Positions 36,901 to 50,465 of a stretch of DNA of 64,000 nucleotides are shown here, piece by piece. The position numbers and the translations under genes were made by a program. The notes beneath the pieces are model-generated. The model searched no databases. It was not told the DNA's origin and saw nothing but the letters and a program-made list of their open reading frames with translations. The stretch is from Gnetum montanum. Taxonomy: Eukaryota; Plantae; Gnetophyta. Each line of letters opens with the position of its first letter. Within the stretch, counting starts at the first letter, position 1. The stretch lies in NCBI GenBank assembly GCA_015680685.1, contig MNCI01002098.1, positions 217,284 through 281,283 on the forward strand, given 5' to 3'.

Positions 36901-39900
36901 TTTAAAATCTCCATGCGGTGAATGGGCGAAGAGACATCCTAAGTTACGCTAACCATGACCTCCCCAAGATTAGGTTAAACCTAGGCATCTTCTCGACCAC
37001 GATGAATGTTGCGTTTTTGGGGAACTAGTCCCCTGCCACGAAATCTATGTGAACCGTGCCTTTCTCCACGACCTGCGTCCCATTGAACAACCTCAGGCAT
37101 GATGTTGTTGTGGGTTTGATTTGGTCGAACAAGCCCAACTTGTCCACAATAGGGAAGGGGATGATGTTTGTGGCAACCCCATCATCAATGTGTACCCTTC
37201 GGATTCGGTGTTGCCCAACCCAAATTGTGATGAAGAGAGGTGTCGTAGTCACCTGACCCCTCTCAAGATCATCCCTAATGGAGTCATCACTGAAAGTCAA
37301 TTGAGACGATTCTGGCTCTTTAGGTGCAGAGGGAAGCATGACCAAGTGGATTGCTTCCTCTTCTACTGGCATGTCTTCATTGACCAGAATCACTGTCAAC
37401 ATGTGGATCAGAGCCTCACGGTATGGGACAGACATCATGATTAGGTCATACAAGCTCAGTGTAGTTTCTTTCTATTTTAGAGCTTGCTTGACCTGAGTGA
37501 GGACATCCAAGAGGCCTTGGCCAACCCCCTATTTAATGCTTTCCTTCTCTTCTATTCTTCTCGAAAGACGAATTTCCCAAGGAGGGGTGATTTTGGATCT
37601 AGGTTTAGACCCTTTTTGGCAGGGTGGCATGGACTGTATGATTATAGCAACATCCCTCTTTGGTGATGAGGGCGTAGACGCAGGGGGTGGAGACATAGGC
37701 TTAGGAATACCTTGGACGGTGCTTCCTCTTGATGTCTCACCTATGAAATGTACTTCCTATTTTTTATGACAAGAAGGTTGTTCAACATTCTTGCATGGGG
37801 CGAGGGCTATCTAATGGATTGTCTCCCTGATGATAAACGAAGCTAACGATGTTAGCAGGCGGAGTTTCGTGGCTCTACTAACAGATGACATGGGGGTGGA
37901 TACCCATGTAGGGACTCTTAGGAAAAATAGTTGTTGTGAGCTTCAACCAGTCGTCGGTGGTGTTGGTGCACTACGCTAAGGCACACGGACCATGAATGGC
38001 TACTAGGGTGGCTCAAGATCATTGTCAATACCGATGGTGTTGATGATATAACTGGCATTGTTGGCATTGAGGGGGTCTATGTAAGACATGCATAGATTGG
38101 TTCTTAGGGTGTGCTGGGTTGCTTTCATCTAACACTAGTTTTCCCTGATCGATTAACCTTTGAATGTCATCCTGCAATGCCATATAGTAATCTGTGTTGT
38201 GACCACACTATTGGTGATAGTTACAAAACCTGTCCAGCCTGAAACCCTTAGGAACTAGGGGCTCATTGGGTAGGGCCAAAGAGGGGTTTCTAAGGAGCTC
38301 ACAATAGCATTGATGTCTTCTGATTCCTTCTTCCAACATTTTCTTGTGTTGGATGTGCCCCATTTCCAATAGCTGCTTCAGGAGTTCCAAAGGCTTAAGA
38401 GCCAGCGGGGTGTACTTTGAGCAATCTTTATGCTCAAAGTTCAGTTTGGGTTATGTAGATGTCTCAGGTGTAGGTACTATAGGTTACGGTGCATTGCCCT
38501 ACTTGGGCATGGGGTTAGCTGTGGGTACAACCAATTTTCTATTGTTCTTGTTACCATTGTTACTAGGTTTGGGCTTGGCCACCATTGCATAGTAGCCACT
38601 GTGATTGTTGGGGCCTTATTCTTGTCCTTCTTTGTGAAGGTATTTTTGTAAGCAATGTAGGTCGGGTCTTTGCTTGCCTAGACCGCATCCTGTATGCTCT
38701 TAGTCTGAGCGAAGGCTTAACTAAGAGTATGAGTGGGTGAGGTAGTAGAGTTTAGACTTGATAAAGTCATTCGCTGCATCCTTAAAGATAGCTAGAAAGG
38801 ACATCGACGATGGGCTTGCAAATTTTGTTAAGGGTTGCGCTCCATCACTGGATGAACTTTTAGACTGGTTCCAAAGGATCCTGCTTCACGCTCATTAGCT
38901 AGTCCGACGCGGTTTCTGCATTCAAGTTATACTTGAAGTGCATCACGAACTAGGTCAGAAGCTCCTCTAGAGTTGAAATGGATGAGCAGCGCAGCACATG
39001 GTACCAATTTAGGGCTTTCCCATCTACGGACATAGCAAAGACATGAGTAATTGTGTGCGGCTATTGTTGTAACGGTAGGGATTCAGATCTAAAGGTAATA
39101 AGATGTGCATTGGGATCTCCCTCCCCATCGTACTTTGTGAAGTGGAAGAGGGAAACCCCTAGGGGTAACTTCAAAGAAGGAATTGTAGGGCTGATGGGGT
39201 TGTCCTGGTAAAAGTCCATGACTTGTATGGTGTCAAACCCAATAGCTTTAAGGCATTTTATTTCCTTAGTGAGGGTTTGGATAAGCTGGAATGCTTGATC
39301 CAAACCCTGTGATGGTGTGGAAAGTTGGGGAACTATCGAGGTAGCTCCCATCTGTGGAATGGTAGGGGTGGTGGCATGACCCATCGATGGTACCGTTGGG
39401 GTAGCCTCCATGAACGGTGCTACTTGCGCTATCCACTACATGGTAGGTGGTGCTGTTGGAGCAGCAATTGCGATTTGAGCTACTGAATAGACTGCTTGTG
39501 TCATCGACAGAATAGACCATAGCCCTGTGTTGGGTTGTACCATTTGCGGGGTTTGGTAGGTCTGAGGGTGAACATAATGAGACATCTACGATAGTTGTGG
39601 AATAGGGAAAGAAGTGAATGGGGTCCACCATGTGGACGGGCCTGGGCCCGCCACTGTGGGTGGAATAGACATGAACATAGGAATTGAAACGAAAGTTCAG
39701 TACAATTGTGATGTAGGTATAGTATGAGTATATGGTAGAGTAGCCATGATCGGTGTGCAATGCGCTACAGGAATAGGCTGATGAACTGTTTGTGGAGGCA
39801 TAGTTGCTACAAATGAAATAGGGGAATAAGGGTGTTGATATGCCGAGAAGTGACATGGCTACCCATTGCAGTTGTAGTTGTAGGTTGTGGGAATGTACGT

Positions 39901-40510
39901 GTGATGACAAAGGGAGCAGTGATAGACAATGGATTGGCCTAGAAGGACTGGGTAGGAGGGACAGAAATGGGGTTAGTTTGACCTCCCTCATCGGATTGGG
40001 AATCAAGTTCCTCCTATCCATCCTCGAAAGCTTCATCCTAGTTAGACGCTATGTCCTATTGCTCTCTAAGCCTAGCTAATTGGATTAGTTGGTCTAGAAT
40101 CCTTTGATTTACCTATTTCAAAGGTATGGAAATGCTGGGAGTGGGAACAAACTCCTTCCTATTGAAGTAAGCAAAATTGAAGCTACATTTGCCTTCGAAC
40201 TCATGTACATCCAAAGGCAGGTTGCATAGAGGAAGTTATAGCACTCATGTTGCTGGGCCAAGCCCTCAGGTCCTCGATTTTGCATCCTGAGGGATCGACG
40301 TATTTCCAGCATTAGGTTCAGTGGTTGTTCAGCACCAGTGATGCCTTGAACCATGATGGGAACTTCAACGTTGAAGGTGTTACCAGCGGTAGTTGTGGAA
40401 GTCATTGTTACTAAGCTAGGCTATTCTGCAAACAGAAAAAGAAAAGAAATTAGAAAGCTAAATAATTTTGGGAATGAGAAGAGCAAAGGAGTTGGCAAGT
40501 AATAAAAAAT

Positions 40511-40810
40511 GGCTTTATGTCTTGCTGGGATCCTAAGGAACCATCGAGGTGACTGATTTGTACCACACGATGCATAAGAAATCATGAAAGGGTCACATTT
40601 ATGCTAGTGTGTGATAGTGTACAAAGTGCATGCAAGACTACCATAAGAGAGGAAAATCAACTGGCAATTAGAGGCTTTATGTCCTGTAGGATTCCTGAGG
40701 AACCGTTAAGGCAACCGATCTGCACTGCACGACACGTAAACAATCATAGACAAGTGTCAAGTTTACGCTAATGCATATTAGGGTGTAGAAGTCTTACAAG
40801 ACTACCATGA
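40511..40810. repeat. Two diverged ~162-bp tandem copies in the 5' UTR of B
   Basis: GGCTTTATGTC...GGAACC...CAAGACTACCAT at 40511 and 40673. Confidence 0.8.
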
Positions 40811-40833
40811 CACATGGAAAAGGCACTAAAAGG

Positions 40834-40850
40834 CCCTCCTTCTAGTGCCA
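40834..40850 (-). promoter_or_regulatory. PBS of element B (tRNA-Asn type, 1 mismatch)
   Basis: Minus strand TGGCACTAGAAGGAGGG. Confidence 0.8.
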
Positions 40851-40857
40851 GAAAAAT

Positions 40858-42345
40858 TGTAGCAACCGAAATGTTAGCAGCTGAGAAACGCCAAGGGGTC
40901 GTCAGCCGTTGACAGTCTTAACCCCATTTTCATGGGAGGGCCATGCTGGATGGGATAGATATGAGACACCCTGAACAATTTGGTCGATCAAACAGGGACA
41001 TAATAGGTGTTAATATAACCTTTTGTAATGTGTGATTTGAAAACGAGATTGATAGCCTGAAGTAATACTTAAATGTAAAATAGGAAGAAAATAGTGTAAA
41101 ATGTAATAACAAGAACCGCTTCAAAGCTACGACTTCGCTCTGTCAAGATACAATTGGTTGCACAACACTGAGAAGTGTAAAGATCCCGAGAGTAACCAAG
41201 ACATGTAGAGTGAGACGGCTGTGTGCTTGAACATGAGCTCAGTTGTTAACAATGTGAAGTACTACCAAGGTGGTAGAAAAGAGCAAAACAAAATGCCAAC
41301 TAAGAGTGCTAATTTTTTACCGTTTCAAAACAGGAAGCTTACAATGCTTAAGGTCACAGTGCTAACTTTTTTTCTTGTTAGCTAACATGATTACTTAGAA
41401 ACACCAGGATCGGGGACCCTTTAAGTGTTTCTCATTGGGGTATTTATAGGACCGAGGGCACAAGAAAGATGTGGTTTGGACACCAAGTGCCCTGGGCTTA
41501 TGCTATCCTGTCTATGTTACACATGGCTTCATGACCATTGGGCAAGTCTACAATGCCATAATTACAAGCCTACCATGATGTAATTGTGTTGTCAGAGCAA
41601 CAGTGCAATTAGGTGAGGTGCATTGATGTCGTGTAACTGCCCACCATGCTTTGCTATGCTCTGTAGCGTAGCTTGTTTGGCGTGGTGTAGAATCTTGTTA
41701 TGCGGTACTACATTACACACGTAGCATAGCGTAATCGCTAGTTTGAAGCAAAAAATCTCTACTATGTCCCATTGCATGCATCTGGAAATTTTGAAGTGTG
41801 CTGATTGTTTGTTGCATTTTTGCTATGCTATGCTACACTACGTAGTGTATCATAGCATAGTAGCTATCCTTAGTCACAAAAAATGTCGCCAATCTGCAAA
41901 CATTTCCTTTTGCACTACAAAGCTTGCAGACTTGCTGATCTTGCCCTTTGAGATGCCTTCTGTCACTTTCACAGAATTGCTACGGCTCGCTAAGCCATGT
42001 AGCTTAGTGTAGCATAGCAGCAAACATGACTTGATTTTGCCAAGTTCGCCGCTTTCTGATGGAAGGAGACATTGCTGAAGGACTTAAATTCGGGTGAGGG
42101 GACTGACCATCCAGCTTTTGCTATGTTGTGCTACACTAAATAGCATAGCGTAGCATTGTGCTTCTACAAATCTCTTCTGAAGTTTTCTATGCTACATAGC
42201 ATAGCGAAACTCTTTGACTTAGAAAACTTGCCAAACTGGACAGTCTAAACATCAGAGCATCCATCTCCTGAAGAATTTTCATGACGCTACATGAATTGCA
42301 AAGACCTGGTGAAGCAAGGATGCCTTCCAATTTTGGGGTGTTTCA
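40858..42345 (-). repeat. 5' LTR of element B
   Basis: Direct repeat of 24382-25914 next to the PBS. Confidence 0.92.
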
Positions 42346-42350
42346 ACTAG

Positions 42351-42629
42351 TGTAGAGTAACCATCGAAGTGTTGCTATGGTTGCTATGATGGAAAGCATA
42401 GCAAGAAGGATGTGAGCATAGCAATACACTTACAAAAATTTCTACAGTTGTTGCTTAGTACTTAGAAAATTTTACAAATCTAGTTGTGTTTCATGCTACA
42501 CTGGCTACACTCTAGAATGTACCCCTAGTAGTGGGATCATGGGACGAATACTTAGAAAAATTTTGCTTGAGTTGACACTTTGAAAAATTTTCCATTCTAG
42601 TGCTATTGCCTAAATTTGGTGGTGTTTGA
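42351..42629 (-). repeat. Remainder of element C 5' LTR, split by insertion of B
   Basis: Continues the sub-repeats of 24000-24381; ends AAATTTGGTGGTGTTTGA, resembling the family LTR end AAATTTTGTGGTGTTTCA. Confidence 0.6.
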
Positions 42630-42725
42630 GGTGCATGTGCAGTGCTATTGTGCTTTATGTTGTTCTATTTGGTGCTCAAATGCCCGGATTTTGGCTAAGG
42701 TTGCTTAGCTATTGTATGCCTATAG

Positions 42726-43750
42726 GTCCTAAGCTATGATGGGATCCAAGCAAGGTAGCAAAGATGGATGCTCTACCTAACCTTCCTCCTAAGGTTGATC
42801 AGGTGTCTTGTCACATGTACAAGACATCTAACAAGTGCACACTTTCCTGTGCCAAGTTATTATGGGTCTATAGGTGCTTGAATAAGCTCCTATGGAAATG
42901 TGTGCATAAACTACAGGAGAAGGTGGCTAGCTAGGATGAGAAGATCAAAGATCTTCAATCTAGATATGACTTCATTGTGGCTAGATTATAGAAAGATAGT
43001 ACCTGGTGCACCTCTAAGATTAAGTATGCTCAATTTTGGAGCACACTCAAAGGTAAGAATGAGACAACATGGGAGCTAGTAGAGCAGCAACTCTAGATGG
43101 ACTTGCTTCTTCAGAAGAACTAGGATTGGAAGAATTATAGTACAAAGGTTTATAGATGAGGGCAAAGGTAGAAAAATCACAATCATGACTACAAGCAAGA
43201 GTACAATGCATACTTGCATTGGTATAAGGAAGATTCTATTGAATTTTTTTACATTGCAATGTTTCTTGAGGTGACCAACGAGAAGCAAGCATAGGACATG
43301 TTTGTGCAACATACGGTCATGAGTAACTCTTCCGTGAGGCAAATTGTCACCCCTTTTGAAGAGGCCTCTTCTGCTACATTTTCCATGAAACCACCCACAT
43401 GGAGCACCATGGACAAAGGAAAGACCCTTACAGGTAATGAATTTGGCTAGGAAGATTGGATGAAACTTTCTAAAGCCAAAATCCTCCATCACTTAGAGGC
43501 TAGCCTTGGAAAGTTACTTCTAGAGCTCATCAATGTGGAACCCTCCCATATTAGTTTTTTTTTGCTACATTAGTTTATGATTTTTTATGCTTTTTGTATT
43601 TTTGAATTAGCTTGCTACATGTAATGCATGCTTACTAATTACATATATTTATTTTTAATTGTAGAAAACATGAAATAATGCTGAAGGTCTCAACGACTCA
43701 GTAAAAGAAGTGGAACCTCCACCTCCACCTAGTACTACTAGTTGAGCATG
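42726..43750 (+). pseudogene. Antisense accessory gene, copy 3 (last exons)
   Basis: Acceptor TATAG|GT then PKL*WD, WCTSKIKYAQFW, MDLLLQKN*DWKNYSTKVYR*GQR*KNHNHDYK. Confidence 0.78.
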
Positions 43751-44014
43751 ATCAGATGTACCACCCATAGGATTTTTTGCTGTATTTTTGCTATGTAATG
43801 CTACTCATGCTACGTTATGGATGTGTATTGCTATTCATACTATATTCTATGTTATTTGCTAAGTGTAATGTGTAAAATTTATGGCCATATGATGATTTTA
43901 TCACATTTTGCTACAATTATGCTTACAATGTAACCTATGCTAATGTGCCTAAGTGATGAATTAATGTAGCAAAGATGTGTTTTGCTAACCTAAATTTATG
44001 AAATGATAGTGATA

Positions 44015-44390
44015 TTGGGCCATTGCAAGCCATAGTGAGTCTAGGCCATTACGAGCGATAGTGAGTGTTGCTATTTTAAAGCCTTGAAGGGCCTCATGCT
44101 AGTTTAAGGCCATAGCGGGAGGGCCAATGTTGATTTTTTGGCCATTTTAGGTCATGTGTTGCCAGTTTAAGGCATAGCAGGCCATTTCTATAGGATTAAA
44201 GCTAATATGGATTACTGGTTTTAGGTTGTAGTGGGTTGTGGATCAGCCAATTTAAGGCCATCATGGGATGAGATGGTAGTTTAAGGTCATTCCAAGTTGT
44301 AGTGAGGGTATTAAAAGTGATAGTTTCAAGCCATTCTAGGTCACTGGTGATGGAATTAAAAGTGATAGTTTTGGGCCATTTTGGGCCGTA
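44015..44390. repeat. Degenerate AGTTTAAGGCC-N6-GGCC array of element D
   Basis: About 10 diverged units. Confidence 0.8.
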
Positions 44391-44671
44391 TTACTATCTC
44401 TATCTTTTTTATTTTCATGCATTTTTATGTTTTTCATGCATTAAAGTAATAACTATAGAAGTGTAAACTAAGTGAGAAAATGCATAAAGGGGATGAATGC
44501 GTAAACTAAGCAAATTAGTGCATATTCTAAGCAATCAAGCTAAATGCAAATAACATTTTACAATGCTAATATAATGTAAAACAAATGCAACATAAGCAAA
44601 AAGTAAAATACATGTTGCACAGAAGTGAATAATAGGTAAGCATTTAGCACATTTTAAACTAATGGGATACC

Positions 44672-47600
44672 TTAGTCACGTAGTTGCTTCCTAACCTAGT
44701 GTGGATTCGGAGGTGTGTAAGGTCTAGATTGGACTATCCAGTAATTCCTTTGACCTTCGCTTGCTATGTCAAAGGGAAATTCTGCTCAAAGGGCATCCTC
44801 TAGGAGATCATTGATTTCTATCACTCTTTTGATTATATCTGCTTCATAAGTCTCATTCTTTGCCATGGATGCATCATCAGGAAACTCAACCTTCAACCCT
44901 TACTCGATGTCTATGTTGTTGATGGCTAAGGGGACAACGTTACCACCATGGATGATAACTTCACCGCATTCATATGGGAGGTGGATCTCTTGATGAATTG
45001 GAGAGGAGACAGCTCATAATTAGGCTAGCCAAGGTTTTCCCAATATCAAGTTAAAACTTGACATCTCTTCTATGATAATGAACTCAGCAGTGGTGTGGAA
45101 TTGCTCCCTTGCTACAAAAGCTATAATAACAGTGCCCTTGACAATGAAACTTGACTTGTTGAAGGATTTCAAGCTTGCAGTCTTTGTTGGCCTAATTTAA
45201 TCTATGAGACCCAACTTATCCATGATAGTGTATGGTATTACATTTGTTGCTACTCCATCATCAATGTGCACTCTGTGAATCTTGCATTGCCCCATGTGTA
45301 TAGTGATGAAAACAAGAGTTGTTATGACCTCACACTTCTCAGGATTAACCTTCATTGGTTTATTGAAAAATGCTAGAGATGTGAAACTCAATTCCTATGG
45401 TGCATGGGCTAGCATCACTACATGGATGGAGGTCTCATCTACAAGGATGTCCTCCATAATAGGGATTAAGGTCAACATTCGCATTAGTGCTTTGCAGTGG
45501 GTAGATGAGGTCATGATCAATTCATACAAGCATAATGTTGTATTTTTTTGTTTAAGTGCTTGTTTGACTTGGGCTAATGCATTTACAAAGTCCTTGCCAT
45601 TAGCCATGGTTTTGTTGCCATTTACTTCTTTCATGAAGCCCAAGAGACAAATTTCTCATTGAGGCAACTTAGGCTTTGTTTACTTGATTTGCTCAAGGGC
45701 CTCCGTGCTTCCTTGTGATTTGCTCATTGTGGCCTCTTTAGTTGTTTTAGTCATAGGAACCATAGATATGGGAATTGGTTTTGGTGGACCTAATGCTCTA
45801 TGATTTTGATGTTTTCTAATCATTTTATCTTCAAGATGCTCATTGGGTCTCTTGTGTTGCCACCTTGGAGACCTGCTAATGTTGCCAACAAGGTTATCCC
45901 TTGGCAAAGAAGGAACTAATGTGTTGGCTACTATTGGGCTTCAGACAGATGAGGGCTAACATGTTGTGGCACTCTAATAATGAAGGATTGTTGAATTATT
46001 GTTGTTGGTGCAACTTGCAAAGGGACCCTAACTTTGAAGGATGTTGTGGATGCTTGAGGTGGTGCTTTAATAATGAAAGGGGGCCTTGAACCGATGGGGG
46101 CTAAGGGAGCCCTTACACTACCAGAGGGCACTTGGACCATGAATGGCTACTACACTAGTTCTATATCTTCATCAACACTAATAGAATTTATGACATATTC
46201 GACATCATGTACATTTAGAGAGTTGTTATACATCCTCATGGACTAGTTCTGAAGCTTGACTAGGTTGCAATGTCAAGCACTAGTTCACCTTTGTTGATCA
46301 ACCTTTGTAGGTCATATTACAAGGCTAGGAAAAAGTCCATGTTATGGCTAGGCAACTAGTGATAATGGAAAAATCAATCTAGCCTAAAATGTCTTGGGAC
46401 TGGGGGCTCATTTGGTGCTATTAAAGCAAGATTTCTTAGTTGCTCATAGTATCTATCATTTTTTGTGGGCATCCTCAAAAATTTGTTTATATTGGATGCG
46501 TCCAACTTTTAGTAGTTGGTTTAGTAGCTCTAAAGGCTTTAGTGGTAGTGGGGTATACTTAGATACATCCTTGAGCTCAAAGTTGGACCTTTGAACAACT
46601 ATCATTGTGGCCATTGAGGATGTAGGTTGGTTGATTACCTTAGCGCTAGAGTTGGTGGCTTTGTTTTTGGTCCCAGATTTAGGCTACCTAGCTATCTACC
46701 TCTAATTGGTTGCTTTGTCTTCTTTGGCTATAGTTTCCACCATTGCATTCTACTTCCCTTTGTTTTTGTCTCTCCTTACATGTTGGTTCTTGTAGGCCAC
46801 ATAGGCTGGGTCCTTGCTAGCTTCTGCCATGTCTTCTATGATTTTGGTTTAAGTGAAGGCTTGGCTTAGGGATTGTAGGCCCAAGTAATATGATTTTGAC
46901 TTTATAAAGTCATTGGCTTTGCCCTTAAAAATGGTCAAGAGATATGTTTCAACTATCAGCTCTCATATTTCATTTAGCAAGGCACTCTAGCATTGAATGA
47001 ACTTCTACACTAGCTCTAAGTGGCCCCACTTGACTTGCATTAGTTAGTCTAAGGTTGCCTCTAGCTTCAAGTTGTATTTGAAGTATGTTATGAATTGACT
47101 CAAGAGGTCCTCCAAAGAGGAGATAGAGCCTTTGGGTAGTGCATGGTACGAATCTAATGCTTTGCTAGTTAGTGACATGGTGAACATGTGCATGATGGCA
47201 TGCATCCATGCTTGTAATAATAAGTACTCTAACCTAAACATGACCAGATATGCATTGGGATCTCCCTTACCATTGTATTTGGTGAATTGAGGTAGTGAGA
47301 CTCTAGTTGGAAGAGTTAGAGGTGGGACCAAAGGACTTATCGAGTTATCTTGATAAACGTCCACCAATTTAGCAATTTTAGAGTAGGTGGCTTTGAGTTT
47401 CTTTACTTCTTATATCAAGCTTTGGATCATTTGAAATGCTTGGTTTAAGCTTTGAGATGCTCCAGTTAGCTATGCTAACTATGTTACCTACTATTGGACT
47501 AGCCGTGTGGTCCATGGCCTAGTTGTAGGTTGCAAAACCATGTAATGTGCTTGATGCATTGTCTATGCTATAGGGACAATGATTAGGGCAAGAAATGCAT

Positions 47601-48380
47601 GTGTGTGTTGGATCAATGCTAAAGGCACCAACAAAATAGGCAAGATGTGGGGTGCCTAAGTCATTTTGGGCCTTGAGACGGGCCCTACATGGATGTATGG
47701 TTGAGTTGATATGGTTACTATGGGCAGAGATGACTAAATGAGTTGCAATGATGCCATGAAGGGTAAGTTAAGGGGAACTATTGCATCATAATGTATGTGT
47801 TGTGTTTAATGCATTACTATTATAGGCATTGACCTAGGCCTAGTAGAGTAGGAAGGTGATGTTGGTGCTATGACCATCTTGAGGAGAAGAGGTGAACAAG
47901 ATGAAGGAGGAGCCAGACTAGGGATCACTCATTGGAAGATGGTGTGGAAAGATTCCTCATGCTCATATCGAGCTTTGAACTCATCCACTTTCCCTTGTAA
48001 GGCTTCCTTGTAGTTCATTCCTACATCATGCTTACTTGCTGAGATGAACTAGGCTAACAACTAATGGTAGGGCTCCATGAATAGGATGATATTAAATGAA
48101 GGGGGAATATACTCTCATCCACCCCAATGGATCAGCCCATAGTTTCGTTTTGCCTCCATGTCAAGATGGTTTATAGACAACCCTACTTGAATCTTCACAC
48201 ATATGAAGTTGTACTAATTTTTGCCTAGCATGGTGTATTTTGGGTCTTGACCATGTAACCTAAGTGGTTGCCTTCATCCTGCTAGTACCAGACTCCTAGG
48301 GTCATGAATCCTGGTCTCTTGTTGAATGGGCAAGCTATCAAGTGTGTTTGAGACTAACATCGAAGGTTGATATAGGTTCA
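44672..48380 (-). pseudogene. gag: gag-protease of element D
   Basis: FTKYNGKGDPNAYL, FKYNLKLEATLD, VHIDDGVATNVIP; ends VRKQLRD-TAA. Confidence 0.85.
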
Positions 48381-50465
48381 TGGCCACAAATTAAGTTAAA
48401 AGAGGGGACTATAAGGCTCGCTGGTTACTAAACACTAGGGACTACATTGAAACTAACCTTGTCCCATCTAACACCATTGACTATGCTCTCCACGTCAAAG
48501 AGTAGACTATGCTAACTATGCTCTCCATGATAGAGAGTAGACTATGTTGGCTACGCTGGAGATGACTACGCTCTAGCTGAAAATGATGGGTTTGTAACAA
48601 GCAGTGGGAATGAGTGTACTTTGGGTTGCTACATGGGGTCCCAGGGGGACCAACTACAAGGTCCAATCTACACCAACAAGTTAGTAGACAATGCTAGTGT
48701 TGACCTAAGATCTAGGTATTGCTACAAGCGTAGCAGGTCCACAGGGATGTTATGGTCTACGCTGGCCTAAAGCCAGCAACTGTGATGTAGAAAGCACATG
48801 AGAAAATGAAAAAAAAGTCTGAAAAAGTGGTTTGGCCCTCATTCTAGTACTAGAAATTGTAATGAATGAAAACATCAATGGCTAGAACACCGAGGTCCAC
48901 AGGCACATAGCCTAATCCTAAATCTACACAAGGGCTTACTAGAGGTAGAGACAGGGCACCCTAAATAGTCTTGCCAATTAAATAAGGACTTACCAAATGT
49001 AACAAGGGCACAACGTGGTTAGCTACAATGCTAATGTGAGATGATGCTAAGTGTGTAGGTAGTGTTCATGGTACCTATGATGTTTGTGATGCTAGTAGGA
49101 TCAAGTGTAGTTACAAGCACTTGAGGGGGCAAGTGTAGTTAAGGGTTTTGGTGAGGTAAATGGTGTCAACACATGAGGACCACTGCCTAAGCATAGTTCA
49201 AGCATGTCTACGTAGTAAAAATGGTGAAAAATGCAAATAAAGTGTGAAAAATGCAAAGAAAGAAAGAAAGTGGAGTAGAATACCACCCAAAATGGGGTTG
49301 ATCATAGTTAAAAAAAGAAGGGGATTTAGAAGGTACATGGTGTATAGCAGGCATAGGTGGGTAGCATAGTCATAGTCCCAAGGTTATCTAGCCATGAAGA
49401 TGAGTGTTCCACCAAGGTGTTTGCATCTACCAAGTTGACTACCATGGTGTACTACTAGATGTGGTGTTCTATTGATGGTCAACCATTCACTCATTCACTT
49501 GTTCACGAATATGCCGTTAATTCACATATGAAGTTTCCTCCTTTTACTGCATCAAAGATGTAAGTATTTATAGGTTTAGGATTAGCAAGAAACGTGAGAT
49601 GGCTACCACATGGAAGATGGGATGGATGGGACTATGCTTAGCGTTGTCATTATTCATGTGGTGTACTAATGGGGATGATGGTGCTGTGCTTTATTATGCT
49701 CTGCTAGACTTTATGGGACAGTGAGACTGTGACTATGCTACCAACCACATGTGAGTGCACCAAGAGGACTAAGAAATACCTAAAAATGACACTTAGGGAC
49801 TACACTCTACGGACTATGCACTCCACACTCTCACATGGGGTTAAGTTTAGTTACAATTTTGGGGCAAACGTAGATATAGAAAAGAAGCATTTTGCCAACT
49901 ATGCTTGCCGAAGGTGAGTTCACTATGTTTGGGGGCTAAGCTGAGAATCATTGCTATGCTATGGAGGTTGCTGGAGATTGTCCTAGGTGACTATGCTATT
50001 CTAAAAGGATGACTATGCTTTGTGTTGGGGGTGAGTGTAGTCCCAGTACTGGTGGAATCTACAAGGAAAATGCAAACTACACTCTTCTTGGGAGGCTAAC
50101 TATGCTTCCAATTGGGGATGAGCATAGTTCCAAGACTTGGCAAAACTTGTGAAGCTAATCTCCTTCTAGCTAGAATCTCCTTGAGAGGTTGACTATGCTC
50201 CTAGATGGGGTTGAGTGTAGTCTTGACACTTAGCAAAATTTTTGAAAACTAGCTTTCTGCTGACTACGCTCTCTACATTCTAGAATGGTGTGCTTGGGGG
50301 AGAGCGTAGTCTCAACACTTAGGTAAAATTTCAAGACTTTTTCCTCCAACTGACTATGCTCTAGGAGACTATGCTCTCTATGCTATGTAGAGGGGTTAAG
50401 CATAGTTCTAACACTTGCCAAAATTTGCAACTAGGATTTCATAGTCAACACTTGATGGTATTTCA

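Larger units (their letters stand above)
32590..36905 (+). mobile_element. Endogenous caulimovirid (pararetrovirus) fragment: intergenic region, PBS, MP, CP, AP; RT missing
   Basis: TGGTATCAGAGC followed by 30K-type movement protein, CX2CX4HX4C coat protein and DSG protease; A-rich + strand unlike the host element. Confidence 0.88.
32350..40405 (-). pseudogene. gag: gag-protease of element B, interrupted by the viral insert at ~32590-36905
   Basis: FTKYDGEGDPNAHL, RFCNYHQ, VHIDDGVATNIIP; ATG 40405 preceded by a pyrimidine-rich acceptor (minus TTTCTTTTTCTGTTTGCAG, 40426). Confidence 0.85.
24382..42345 (-). mobile_element. Element B: Tat/Ogre-like LTR retrotransposon with internal deletion of RT/RH and a captured caulimovirid
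   Basis: LTRs 24382-25914 and 40858-42345; perfect TSD ACTAG (24377-24381, 42346-42350); PBS 40834-40850; PPT 25915-25927. Confidence 0.93.
42630..50465 (-). mobile_element. Element D: Tat/Ogre-like, 5' half (antisense gene 3' part, array, gag-PR, PBS 48836-48852, 5' LTR 48858-50465)
   Basis: Same gene order as A; degenerate PBS CCCTCATTCTAGTACTA; LTR TGTAAT...GGTATTTCA with minus-strand TATA near 49570. Confidence 0.82.

Noticed and set aside
32590-36905. Insert as a second LTR retrotransposon (Met PBS, zinc knuckle, protease)
   Set aside because: A movement-protein-like ORF precedes the capsid ORF and no LTR or TSD is visible; fits Caulimoviridae better
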